DNA of 64,000 nucleotides. It comes from Stegostoma tigrinum (Eukaryota). Position numbers and translations under genes: made by a program. Of the stretch, positions 11,249-24,319 are shown one piece after another; position 1 is the first letter of the stretch; every line of letters begins with the position of its first letter. The notes under the pieces were generated by a model. It worked only from the letters and a program-made list of their open reading frames with translations. It did not search any database and was not told the DNA's origin. The stretch is from positions 23,233,015 through 23,297,014 of the forward strand of contig NC_081388.1 in the NCBI RefSeq assembly GCF_030684315.1. Reading direction: 5' to 3'.

Positions 11249-14131
11249 AATATCTACTCTTCTTTCAAAGTTTTCTCTTTGGGTCTGATTTTGTTCAGCT
11301 TCCCTCTTGTCTGTCTCTGCTGATTTACTGTTGCTTTGCTTGGAAGCACTTGGCATGTTCACTGAAAAGCCATGTTCCTAGTTTTAGCAAACAGCTATAT
11401 TATGACACAGTGTGGTGTTGGGGGAGTACAGTTTACATAAATTGGCATTCTAATTTATTATAGGAATTACATGATATAATTCTATTATGTTAGAATTCTA
11501 TTTTATTGTACAAAAATGAACACAAAATGAACAAAACAAACACAAATGAACAACTTGCTCATTCCTGATATTATCCTACAAAAGGCTCATGGAATTGAGG
11601 TGATGCATTGATGAAGAATCTTTCTTCTGCAATTAAGCTACTATTGACTACATCACTTCAACTTGGTCTTTGCAGTCTGGTATGCTTTGGTATATATTTT
11701 GTAGCTCCCATTTGATCAGATAATCTGAATTTAAGTGTGTCTGAGGGCAAGGTTTTGGATAGTGATCTCCTCCAAGTGTGTAAGCATCACACAAACCGTA
11801 TGTATGTCATGCAGGAATGTAAAGGTATGTTAGAAAATAGGAATATTTTAATGTTTAATGCTATTGCCAAGAAGCTACAGTAAAGATAAATCAAGTATTG
11901 GGACATGGTTACAGGGTAATCCATAAAAACATTTTTATACTGTGTTTAGTTAGACTTTGCTACTTTGTTCAGTTTTAGTCCCTTCGCAAGAATTGCACGA
12001 CAGCAGACCTAAGACAAAAATGTTGGCCAGGAAACTTGGTGGCAGGCAATTGGAAGTTCAGGGTCATTTTTATGGACAGAACATAGGTGTTCACAAAGAC
12101 CCAGTCTGTGATTTGTCTCTCAAATGAAGATGACAGAGCTGAATTTCAAGAAGGCATTTAGTGATGTGCCACACCAAAAGTTACTGCACAGAGTAAGAAC
12201 CCATGATATTGGAGGTAACTTATTAGCATGGATTGAGAAGTAGTTAGCTAATTCAGTTAACTGGATGGCAGGTTTGCAATGCAGACAGTTGCAAATGGCA
12301 CAGACTCAGCGTCTGTAGTGTCTGAGGTTACTGTGGAGGTTACACCTTTTCAACTTCACCTGAGATGTGGTGGCTCAGTTAAGACACAACCAAACACCTC
12401 TCTCTTATGAGAGAGCAGCCCAATAATCCTCTGGGACTATGGCAACTTTAACAGGAAGCAAAAAGTAGAGATAAATGGGATAGAGTAACTTTCAGGTTGA
12501 AAGGCTGTAACATGTGGAGTGCCACTCAGGATCAGTGCAACTATGTATAATATATCTCAATGTCTTGGATGAAGACTTTAGGTTGATCAGTAAGTTTTGC
12601 AGGGCCAGTAAGGAGATACAACATCTGGAGTGAGGGGCAGCCTGAATGAGTATGTCATTTCTGGGATTTTGGAGTGTGGGAATTTGGTGCAGAGGGCAAG
12701 AAGTGCCTTTTGCTTGCTTTACAGGTTCATGGCTTATCAATTGAAGTCGAGATTGGGCGCCCAGCAGGAAACAAAGAGTAACATCACTGGAAAATTATTA
12801 AGCTCAATAACCATTAAGCTGCTACTTCGACCATCTATTATGAATTACTTTCAGATTAAAGGTAGATTGGAGAAATATTTTACAGATTGAGAACTAAAAG
12901 ACCAGTGGGAAATTAGAAAAAACATATTAAGAACTAAGTAATTAAAATATAGATGCCAGGCCAGGCAAAGTGTTGTAACTGCATAATATGGAGGTCGGTG
13001 GACCCCATTGTTGTTCATTGTGATCACATCTGTAACAAGTGTTAGAGTCTGAGCTTCAAACACTGTGACACATCAGATATACCTGGACACTATGTTTTAG
13101 GAGACACTTGCATCCCTTAGATTAACAATTGCAAAATTGTCCAATGATCAGGGACAGGGGTATGTGACTATGAACGAGGCAAGTAGGGCTATCTGAGCCT
13201 CAGCCCTCAGACCTGTCTAACAGGTTGGAGGTTCTTGTTCCATGTGTGGATGAGAGCAGGGGCTGTAGGGAGGATGATCAAAATGATCCACTGTGGTACA
13301 GAGAGCCATTATAAAGGGGAGGAGGGGAGGAAAGAGAAATATAGCTGTTACAAGGGATCATATAGTCAGGATGGGGGTTGGTTCAGTTGTGCTAAAAATT
13401 GTGGTATCAAAGACAAAGGAGAAGGTAGGATAGCAGGTTAGTGATGGATTTTGTTGTTCCAGAGAATAAAAGGAAGCGACAATGTGTAAATGTCATATTG
13501 TAGCAAGGACCAATAAAAGTGTAGGGAAATTCAATAATAGAACAAATGTAAAGCTTTGTATTGTAATGCAAGAAGGAAGATGAACTGGCAGCACAAATCG
13601 AGGTAAATAAATATGATCTCATAGCCATTATGGAGGCATGGTTACAAGGAGGTCAAAGCTGGGAACTTAACATTCAGGCATATTTGGCCTTTCAGAAAGT
13701 CAGGAAGGAAGGAAAAGGTGGCAGGGTATCACTGTTAATATGAAATGAAATGAAGATAGTTGTGAGAAATGATCTAGGCTCAAATGATGTAGAGTCATAG
13801 AGTCATACAGCATGGAAACAGACCCTTTGGCCCATGCCAACCAAATTTCCCAGTCTAAACCAGTCCCACGTGCCTGCATTTGGTCCATTTCCCTCTCAAC
13901 CTTTCCTATTCTTGTACCTATCTCATGTCTTGTAAATGTTGTAATTGTACGAACACCTACCACTTCCTCTGGCAGTTCATTTCACACATGTGGGGGCAGG
14001 TAAAATACAGCAAAGGAAAGAAGACATTGATAGGAGTAACTTACAGTTTCCTAAACTGTAGTCACGCTATAGGACAGATTATATATCAACAAATAATAAA
14101 GGCATGTAAAAAGAGTAGAGCAATAATTATG

Positions 14132-14344
14132 AGATAACAAAGTGTGGAGCTGGATGAACACAGCAGGCCAAACAGCATCTTACAAGCACAAAAGCTGACG
14201 TTTCGGGCCTAGACCCTCTGATGAAGAGTCTAGGCCTGAAATGTCAGCTTTTGTGCTCCTAAGATGCTGCTTGGCCTGCTGTGTTCATCCAGCTCCACAC
14301 TTTGTTATCTTGGATTCTCCAGCATCTGCAGTTCCCATTATCTC
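14132..14344. mobile_element. Fold-back Penelope-terminus mini-insertion (family A)
   Basis: Palindrome. TSD agagcaat(a/g)attatg at 14117-14131 / 14345-14359. Confidence 0.9.
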
Positions 14345-14819
14345 AGAGCAATGATTATGGATTACTTCAATCTTCAGGTTGATTAGGTCAATCAAATTCT
14401 GAAGGATAGCTATGTTAACAAATTCAAAGAGTGCATTAGGGATAGTTTCCTAGAGTTATGGCACCAACAATGGAGCAGGCTATCCTGGGTCATGTATAAA
14501 GTAATGAGACAGGTTTAAAATGATCCTTGAGTAAAAGATCTCTTAGGAAGAAGTGATCATAACGTGGTAGAATTTAACATTCAGTTAAAGAGTGTGAAAC
14601 TTGAGTTGGAAAAAATAAAGGGAATTACATTGAAATGAGATAGAATTAGCTAAAGTAAACTGGGCAAATAGTTTAGGAATAAAAATAAGCAAGCAGTAGC
14701 AGGTATTTAAGGAGGTAATTCATGACTGGTCAGCATAGATGCCTTCCAGTAAGGAGGAAGGATTCCAAGAGAGGGATAAACCAACCATGGCTAACCAAGG
14801 AAATTAAGGAGGGTATTTA

Positions 14820-15846
14820 GAGTTAAAGAGTCCTACAGCACGGAGACGGGCCCTTTGGCCCAAACTGGTCCGTGCCGACCAAAACGTCCATCCACACTAA
14901 CCCCATTTCTCTGCACTTGGCCGATATTCTTCTAAACCTTTCGTACCCATGTATTTGTCCAAATGCCTTTTAAATGTTGTTAATATATCCTCCTCAACCA
15001 CTTCCGCTGGCAGCTCATTCCATATGCGCACCACCCTCTGTGTAGAAAAGTTACCCCTCAGGTTCCCCTGTATTCTTTCCCCTCTTACCTTAAACTGATG
15101 CCCTGTCGACCTCGATTCCCAAATCCTGGGAAACAAGACTGAGTGCATTCAACCTATCCATGCTCACATGTTCTTATACACTTCTATCAGATCCCACCTC
15201 AGTCTCCCACATTCTAGAGAAAAATCTATTACCTTGTTCAATCTCGCCCTATATCTCAGACCCTTGAGTCCTGGGAACATCCTTATAAATTTCTTCTGCA
15301 CTCTTTCTAGTTTAATAACATCCTTCCTATAGCAAGGTGACCAAAACTGAACACAATACTCCAAGTGTGGCCTCACTGATGTCATGTACAACTGCATTAT
15401 AACTTCCTAACGTCTATATTTAATATCTTGACTGATGTAGGCCTGTGTGCCAAAAACCTTCTTTACTGCTCTGTCTTCCTGTGACCCAACTTTCAGAGAA
15501 CCGTGCACTTGGACTCCCAGGTCCCTCTGTTCCACTACACTCCTTAAGGCCTTACCATTCACCATGAAACTCCTACCTTGATTTGACTTTCCAAAATGCA
15601 ACACTTCACATTTATCTATATTAAACTCCATTTGCCATTTCTCGGCCCACTTCCCTAGCTGATTAAGACCCTGCTGCAATTTCCGATAACCTTCTTCACT
15701 GTTCATGATACTGCCTATTTTTGTGTCATCAGCAAACTTTCTAATCATATCTTGTACACTCTCATTCAAATTATTGATATTGATAACCAACAGTAATAGG
15801 CCCAGCACTGACCCCTGAGGCACGCCACTAGTCACAGGCCTCCAAG
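14820..15846 (-). mobile_element. CR1 LINE 3' fragment, nested
   Basis: VTSGVPQGSVLG, KFADDTK, VRPHLEYCVQFWSP. Confidence 0.93.
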
Positions 15847-17031
15847 GTTGGTTGAAAGAACATACAAGCAAGTTTAAAGAAAAACCATAAAAGAGGGCAG
15901 TGTCAGCAATAGCCCCGAAGACTGGGATAAATTCTGAATTCAACAAAGGAGATTAAAAAGAAATTAAAGACAAAGAAAGATAAACAATGGGGGCAAACTA
16001 GCAAGGAATTTAAAAACTGACAATAAGAGCTTCTTTAAATATAATAAAAGGAAGAGCATGGACAAAGTGAACTTTGGCCCCTTCGAAAATGAATCTGGGG
16101 AAATGGTAATGGCCAACAAGGAAATGGCAGAAGACCTAAACAGATATTTTGAATTAGTCTTTATGGTAGAAGATGCTTCGAATGCCCCATTAATACTAAG
16201 GAATAGTGGCGAGGAATTAATTATCATCACCATCACCAGAGAAGTTGTATTAGACAAATGGCAAAAGGCAGATAAATCCCTGGCCCTCATGACTTACATC
16301 CTGGAATCCTAAAAGATGTAGCTACAGAAGTAGTGGATGCATTGGATGTAATTTGCCAAAATTCCTTGGATTCTGAAGAAGTACCAGCAGATTGGAAAAC
16401 TGCCAATGTGACAACTTTCTTCAAAAAGGGAGGAAGCCAAAAAGCAGGTTATCAAAGGCTGAATAACCTATCATGCATTGTTAGAAAACAATTGGAATCA
16501 ATTCTTAAGGATGTAATAGCAGAACAACTGGAAAATCATAATCTAATCAAGCAAAGTCAGCATGGCTTCATGAAAGGGAAATAATGTCAGACTAATTTAT
16601 GAGAATTTTTTGAGGAAGACTCAGCGTGGATAGAAGGGAGCCAGTAAATGTGTATTATTTGGAATTCCAGAAGGCGTTCGTCAAGGTACCTCACAAAAGA
16701 TTAAGTCATAAAGAAAGACCACAGTGTTGGAGGTACTACACTGGCTGAATAGAGTATTGACTAATGGGCAGGAACCATCAAGTGGGGAGAAGGGATTCTT
16801 TTTTCAAGTTGGTGATGTGTGGACAGTGGGGTCCCACATTAATCAATCCTGTGGCCATAATTGTTCACAATTTTCATCAATGACTTAGAGGAAAGAAGCA
16901 AATGTAGTGTAGCCACATTTGCAGGCATCACAAAAATAGGTGGAAAGGTAGGTTGCGAGAGGGATGCCAGCAGTTTACAGAGAAATATTGATAGGTTAAA
17001 TAAGTGTACAAGAAGTTGGCTAATGGAGTAT

Positions 17032-18684
17032 TGTAGTAATTGGAACCAGGTGGATCTCATTGACTAGGAGATTCATTGGCCATAGAGAGGGTACTGTGCA
17101 CATGTTAATAAAGGCTGACTTGGTGACACATACCAGCCTTTGTGCAGTTATTTCAGTGGTGATGGGAGCAAGCGGTACGTGCCTGAAGACCATCGCTCGC
17201 GACAGTTGTCTTTGAGTTGGGGGTAGGCATTTCTGGTATGATGCTGTTATTTGGGAAGTTTGACTTGTTTGATCCTGCCATTGATGACTGGGCCCAAGAT
17301 GTGGAAAGAATGCATTATTCTTCCAGGCAAATGACATTGGAGCAGACATAGCTGTGTTAGTAGAGCAGTGCCCAGAATGCAAACTAGGACAAACATTGCC
17401 ACCGGCAGCGCTTGCCCCACTCCCTCCCCCCTCCACTTTAGTGGGAATGGCTTGATAAACCTAGGACTCAGTTACATGTCAACTATGCTGGTCCTTTCAT
17501 GGGCTCAATGTTCCTGGTCATTATGGATGCCCATGAAAAGTGGTTGGACTTATATGGCAAATAGTTCACTCAGAGATGATGATTGAAAAGCTGTGAGCAT
17601 TGTTTGCAATACAAGGATTCCTGGAGTATTGGTCATGGACAACGGGACACCATTTACCAGCAGAGTATTTAAGTAATTCCTAATGTTGAATGGCGTTCGG
17701 TATGTTCAGACAGCTCCATATTATCCATTGTCCGGTGTTCTGGCAGAAAGAGTGGTCCAAATGTTGAATACCGGCTTAAAGAAGCAGCATGGAGCTTCAC
17801 TTCATATCAAACTGTTCTGGTTCCTGTTCAATTACAGGACAAGTCCACATGCAACTGCAGGGATAGCTCCAGCGAAGTTGGCGGTGGGGAGAAAACTCTT
17901 CACCAGGTTAAACCTGATTTTCCTGACCTGGGGACAAGGCAGCGGGAATGTCAATGATGACCACGTGTTTCCTCGAAGGTTTACTTCTTGGGATGAAGTT
18001 TGGTGCCAGAACCATGGGAATGGCCCTGCATGAGTATGATGTGAGGTCGATGCAAGGTCAGCTCCCATGACATACAAAGTTCACGTAGCTGAGGCGGTCC
18101 TGAGCAAACATATGGATCACCTGAAAGCTGTTACCTTGCAAATGGGGCAGGAGCAAAACATACCTGGTTGCTCAGAACGTTCAGAAAGACTGTCAGAATT
18201 CATGGGTTCTCCACCACCACCTAATATCGAGGAAACTGCAGAGTCCGAGACAGATACAGCTTTGATACCGATATCCCTGGAGGAAGAGGAGGAAACCTTC
18301 CTGAGATGCTCCAAATGCAAGTGATGGGCAATGGTAAAGTTCACGCTATTTGTGTCAGAATCCAAGTGAAAGGGACTGGACCAAGGGTGAAAACATCTCT
18401 GCAGAAGTTACGAGAGAAAGACCCAGCTTACATGTCCAGGCTTAGGTTGTGGGTGAGGGAAGGTAGGAATAGTGATTAGAACCAGGTGGATCTTATTGAC
18501 TGTGAGATGCTTGATTGGGGTTGTTAAACAGGGCCGATCATAGAGCTCTGGCTAACAGATATGAGTAGGGATTTAGGGACTTCAGGGACTGACTTCAATC
18601 TGGCTGGCCATAGCCAGTGTACTGTACAAGTGTAAATAAAGAGAGACATGGTGACGGGACACTGGCCACTGTGCTGTTATGTCA
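17032..18684 (+). mobile_element. Internally deleted Gypsy LTR retrotransposon
   Basis: LTRs ~17032-17155 and ~18468-18684, PBS-like gtggtgatgg, gag start joined to an integrase remnant (TAPYYPLSGVLAERVVQ..LFNYRTSPHATAG). Flanks (a/g)gtat. Confidence 0.85.
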
Positions 18685-18743
18685 GGTATAATGTGGGAAA
18701 ATATGAAGTTGTTCATTTTGGAAGGCAATACAATATAGCAGAG

Positions 18744-18887
18744 ATAATAAAATGTGAGGCTGGAAGAACATAGCAGGCCCAGCAGCATCTCAGGAGCTCA
18801 GGAGATGCTGCTGGGCCTGCTGTGTTCATCCAGCCTCACATTTTATTATCTTGGATTCTCCAGCATCTGCAGTCCCCATTATCACTG
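18744..18887. mobile_element. Fold-back Penelope-terminus mini-insertion without hammerhead core
   Basis: Palindrome centred ~18797. TSD atacaatatagcagag at 18728-18743 / 18888-18903. Confidence 0.88.
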
Positions 18888-19974
18888 ATACAATATAGCA
18901 GAGTATTACTGCAGTGATTGGAACCAGCTAGATCTTGTTTATTGTGAGATCCTTGATTAGGGTTTTTATTACCCAGGCCAATCAGGAAGGTCCTGGCTAA
19001 CAAATTCAACCAGGAGATGAGAATCTCCTCAGTTCATGGGACTAACTCCGAGCTGGCTGGCTGGCCGGCCACAGTCTATGATATGGTGCACATGGAAATA
19101 AAGGCTGAGGGGATACCGAACTCTGTGGCAGTGGAAGATAACAGGATGTGCCGGAAGAACATTTGCTTGCAATAGTCATCTTAGAATTAGGGTAGGCATT
19201 TTTGGCATTATGCCTTTGTTTGGGAAACTAGTTCGATTCTCCTGTCGAAGACTGGGTCAAGTGAATGGAAAGAATGCATCATATTTTCTGGGCAGCTGAC
19301 ATTGGGGTAGATGAAATTCAACAATTAATCCTCTGATTGCTTGTGGACAACCCAGTATTTTCGGCTATAAGGGGCTTAACTTTCCCAGAGGTACCAGACA
19401 CTAAAACATTCTAAAAGTTGACGGAGTTAGTTAAGGAATACTACAATGCCAAACCTATAATCCTGAGATGATATCAGTTTTATTCAGCTGTTAGAGAATC
19501 GGGAGAATTTGTATTGGGATTTTTGACAAGGTTAAGATGTCTGGCAGAAGCATGTAATTTTGGTTCACCCTGGATGAGATGCTGAGAGACCATTTGTTAT
19601 GTGGCATTAATGACATTATCCTGCAAAAGCAACTACTAGCAGAATCCCGAATGGACTTGCAACAGGCACTACACTGGCTTTGTCATTGGAAAATGTGGCA
19701 AGTGGGGCATGGGAGTTACAGGGCATCCCAATGGAAGTGGACATCCTCACCTGTCCGACTGATTTTGGGGAACACCACTTGAGTGTAGGCAATTGCAGAG
19801 CTTCATGCAGGGCATATCCTGACACTTGACCAGCCCACAGCGAAACCCAACAAGAAGGCTGATCCTCAGTTAAGTGTCTAGAATATTTTTCAGGATCTGG
19901 GCCAGCAAGCCATTGCGGTTGCTACTGGTATGTAGATGCAAGATAGCACAAGAGTCCTACAAAGTCTGACTTGA

Positions 19975-20207
19975 CCAGTTGGTTAGCTTAATTGGCTGGA
20001 TGGAGGGTTTACAGAGTGCAGAGTGACACCAACAGCATGGGTTCAATCTGGCACTAGCTGAGGTCACCATGAAGGACTCTCCTTCTCAATCTTTCCCCTT
20101 ACCCACCCATTACTTGTGGTGTGGTAACCCTCAGGTTAAACCACCATGGTCATCTCTGTCTCTCATGAGAGAGCAGGCCCATTGTTCAGTAGAACTATGC
20201 TGACTTT
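19975..20207 (+). mobile_element. tRNA-derived SINE, third family (other copies ~12243-12450, ~31468-31570)
   Basis: gttagct(c/t)a(g/a)ttggctg head, gggttcaat box B, shared ctgagg(t/c)taccatgaag and ctct..atgagagagcag tail. Confidence 0.7.
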
Positions 20208-20209
20208 AT

Positions 20210-20531
20210 GGATGGCATGGTGGGTCAATGGCTAGCACTGCTGCCTCCCAGTGCCAGGGACCCAGGTTCAATTCTATCCTCAGGCAACTGTCTGTGTAGA
20301 GTTTGCACATTCTTCCTGTGGCTGTGTTGTTTTCCTTCAGGTGCTCTGATTTCCTCGCACAGTCCAAAAATGTTCAGGTTAGGTGGATTGAACATACTAA
20401 ATGACCCACAGTGTCTAGGGTGGGAAATGTAGGGATACGGTAGGTGGTGAAACTGGGTGGGATGCTCCTTGGAGGGTTGGTGGGGACTTGATGGGCAGAG
20501 TGGTCTGCTTCCACACCACAGGGATGCTATG
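20210..20531 (+). mobile_element. HE1-like V-SINE (tRNA-derived)
   Basis: tRNA-like head (ggcatggtgg..tagcactgctgcctc..ggttcaattc) and V-domain gtctgtgtagagtttgcacattct..cagtccaaaaatgt. Confidence 0.85.
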
Positions 20532-23500
20532 AAAATTCATAGGCCAGTACCTAGGAGAGTGCACAACCTGGAAAGTACCCTGACGTGTGGGTTGGCACAA
20601 TTAGATTGCTTAGTAATGGTTAAATGTTTGGTTAAATGGTCACCCACTTCCCATGGAGGTTGATTCTGGCGCAGCTGTATCCATCGTTGCAGAATCTGTC
20701 TTTAACAAGATTTGCTCTGGACTCCAACCCTTAAATTTACACAACACCTCAACCAGACTGAGAACATACACTGAGGAACGATTGCAGATTAAGAGCATGA
20801 CTTCGGTTCTGGCCTTCAATGAGAAGCAGTTGGTGCAGCTACCACTGAGCGTAATAAAAGGCTCAGACCTAAGCCTATTGGAGTGGAATTGGTTGGGAAA
20901 GATTCACCTTGGCTGGCTCAATAGTCTTCAGTTAGAAAATGGCTGCCTCAGTGAAGTCATAGTGAAATAGCCAGGAGTTTTTCAGGAAGGGCTTAGGACA
21001 ATCAAAGGGGACAAAGCCACTTTACATGTTGACAGGGAAGCAATTCCACAATCTGCAAGGGCTGCCCAGTGCCATTTGCAATGTGGGCAAAAATAGAGGG
21101 GGAAATCAGGAGGCTGGAGAGTGAAGGAATCATCAAACCAGTGCAGTTTGCAGAAAGGGCAGCACTGGTCACACCGATTGTAAAGCCTGATGGCTCAGTT
21201 TGCCTTTGTGGGAATTTTAAACAAATGGTAAACCATTTCTCATAGCTGGATAAATACCTGATCCCTTGCATAGAGTGATTGTACGTAAAACTGGGGTGGG
21301 GTCTGTGCCTTATGAAGCTGGACATGAGCAACGCCTACCTTCAGTTGTGATGAGATGAGGCTTCCCAGAAGTACGCTACAATTAATACCCATAAGGGTTT
21401 GTACCACTAAACGAGGTTGTCTATTGGGGTATCCTCAGCCTGCACCCTTTTCCAGCAGACCATGGAGAACATTTTACAAGGGTTACCCCGGGTTATAATT
21501 TATCTGGATGATGTACTGGTAACAGGAAAGCCAAATAAAGAGCACCTGGAAAACTTGGACATAGTGCTTAAATATTCCTCCCAGGCAAGCGTATGCCTTA
21601 GACAAAAAAATGTTGTCTATCAGGCACCCTAAGTGACCCAGCTGGGTTACAAAGTCAACAAAGCAGGGTTTCACCCTTTGTAGGATAAAGTGAGGGTGAC
21701 CAAAGGAACCACAGCTCCCATGTCTGTACCAGGGCTTAGGACACTCCTTTGGTTAGTGAATTATTACGGAAAATTCATACATAATCTGGCCTCCAACCTG
21801 GCACCCTCATCTTTTCAGCCTTGGAAATGGCCTTGTAGCCAAGAAGTAGTGAAGTGAAAAAGCAGCTACTGTCATCTAAGATGTTGGCTCACTATGATCT
21901 GAGTCGAGTGGTGGTGCTGACATGCAATGGCTCACCGTACAGTATTGGGGTAGTGTTGACTCATGGAGACCCAATGGAGGGGAACACCCGATAACAAATG
22001 CTTCCTGGACTTGGGCTGATGCTGAATGCAAATACGCCCAGATAGAGAAGGAAGGTTTGGTGGTCATTTTTGGTGTGAGAAAGTTCCATCATTAACTTTA
22101 GGAATGGGAACTTGTCATAGTCACAGGTCGCAACCCCCTACTAGGGTTACTGAAGGAAGACAAGGTGGTGCTGCCCATAGCTTCCAGTAGTATTCTGCTT
22201 TGGGCCCTTATTCTCAAGTGCAAGCTAGAACACTGTCCAGGGAGGCAAGTGGCTAAAGTGGATGCCTTGAGCCACCTCACACTGGCAGATACTCCACTGG
22301 TCCTTCCTTCCCTGGAGGAGTCTGCTTTGATTTTAAACTTCCTGGACATCTTTCCAGTCACTGCTGACAATATCTGACTTTGGACATAAAAAGATCATTT
22401 CCTGGCAAAACTAAAACAGATATACCATTGCAAACAGGATTGAAACCTTTCTGGAACTGGTGAGACCAGATTACTGTAGAGGATGGCACATTAGTCTGGG
22501 GAGCAAGGGTGATTGTCCCTAGTAAAGGTCGCTGCCAGATACTGGCTGAACTCTATCAGGGTCATCCAGGGGTTTCTAAGATGAAGCTGCTATGAAGAAG
22601 CTACGTCTGTTGGTCAGGGTTGTATACTGACATAGCTTTGTTAGTGGGGCAGTGCCCAGAGTGCCAACAAGGACAAATATTGCCACCAGCAGTGCCGTCA
22701 CATTCGTGGTAATGGTTGGGTAAACTCCGGATTCGGTTGCATGTTGACTATGCCAGTCCTTTCATGGGCTGTATATTCCTGGTTATTGTGGGTGCCCATT
22801 CAAAGTGGTTGGATGTGCATATAGTACATTCAGTCGACTCAGCGATGATGATTGAGAAACTGCGAGCTTCGTTTTGTGATGCATTGTCACCAGGAAGTAT
22901 TGGTTGTGGACAATGGGACGTCATCTATCGGCAGGTAATTAAATGTTTCCTGAAGTCACACGACATTCGGCACGTAAGCACAGCTCCACACCATCCAGCA
23001 TCCAATAGTCTAGCAGCAAGAGCGGTCCAAACATTGAAGGAAGCAACCTGCAACACCTCTTGATACCAAGCTGTTCCGGTTTTTGTTCGATTATAGGAGC
23101 ACACTCACACAACAACAGGTGCAGCTCCAACAGAGTTGTTCATGGGGAGAAAGTTAAACTTGATAGTTCCAGACACGGGGAGGAGGGTGAAACAGCAGCA
23201 GGAATGCCAATGCCGGCCACATGCTTTCTCTAAGTGAGAGAGATAATTTTATTCAGGGGACGAGGTTTTGTGGTGGAGCCATGGAAATGGCCCTGTATGA
23301 GTACAGCGAGGTTGACTTGAGGTCATGTCTTGTGACTTACAAAGTTTGGGTAGGTGAGATGGTCTCGAACAAACGTGTGGATCGCCTGAAAGCTGTTATC
23401 TGACAAACGGGGAAGGGGCAAAACATACCGGACCTTCAGAACAGCCAGAAGGCCTGTAAGAAACCGTAGGTTGTTCCCCTCCATCTAGCATCAAAGAAAC

Positions 23501-24319
23501 CTCAGAGTCCAAGAGGAATGCGGCCTTGATACCGATATCACAAGAAGAAGAGAAGGAAGCTCTCCTGAGGTGCTCCTTATGCAAGAGACAGACTCCGATC
23601 TGGTACACACTCTCCCTGTGCCAGGCTCTGAGTCGGATTAACTGGACCTGGGGTGAAAATGTTGCAAGAAAAGCTACAAGAGAAAGATCAGGTCTCCATC
23701 CCTTGAGTTATGGGTGGGAGGGGGGGTGATGTAGTGTTTGGAACTAGCTGGATCTTGTTGATGATGAGCTCCTTGATTGGGGTTGTTAGTCTGGGTCAAT
23801 CAGGAAAGCCCTGGCTGATCAATATAACCAGGAGATTAGAATCTCCCCAGTTTGGGGGACTGGCTCTAAGCTGACTGTTTATAGCCAGTGAGCTGTGCAC
23901 TAGTAAATGAAGGGTGACTTGGTAATGGGATACCAGCCTCTTGTGCTGTTAATTCAATTATGTAAGTGGAGACAAAATGTAAAAAGCTTCAACACTAAGG
24001 GACTTGAAAGTGTTGTGCGTGAAAAACAGGCAGCTAGCACACGGGTGCAGTAGGTACAAGATTAAATAGTTTGAGACTATATTCACTGGTGTTCTGAAGA
24101 ATGAAAGGTGATCTTATTGGCTTACTTCTGTCCCTGATACTTATTGCCTAAATTTTCTGAAAGCTAGGCAGGAGAGTAAGTTGTGAAGAGGACATAAATA
24201 TTCTACAAAAGGATGTAGAGTAATTGAAAGAATGATGGATTATGGTATGGGAAAATGTGAACCTGTCCACTTTGGAGGATGAATAGAATATCAACATATT
24301 GTTTAAATGGGGAGAGATT

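Larger units (their letters stand above)
18910..23956 (+). mobile_element. Near full-length decayed Gypsy (Mag-like) LTR retrotransposon
   Basis: 5' LTR from 18910, 3' LTR 23730-23956 after polypurine tract 23711-23729. Gag LRDHLLCGI, protease MEVDSGA, RT YLDD, integrase LHVDYASPF. 5-bp flanks attac/attat. Confidence 0.92.

Noticed and set aside
20210-20290. tRNA-like sequences (also ~8640-8717, ~19980, ~31470, ~41900)
   Set aside because: They are decayed SINE heads followed by SINE bodies, with no intact cloverleaf.
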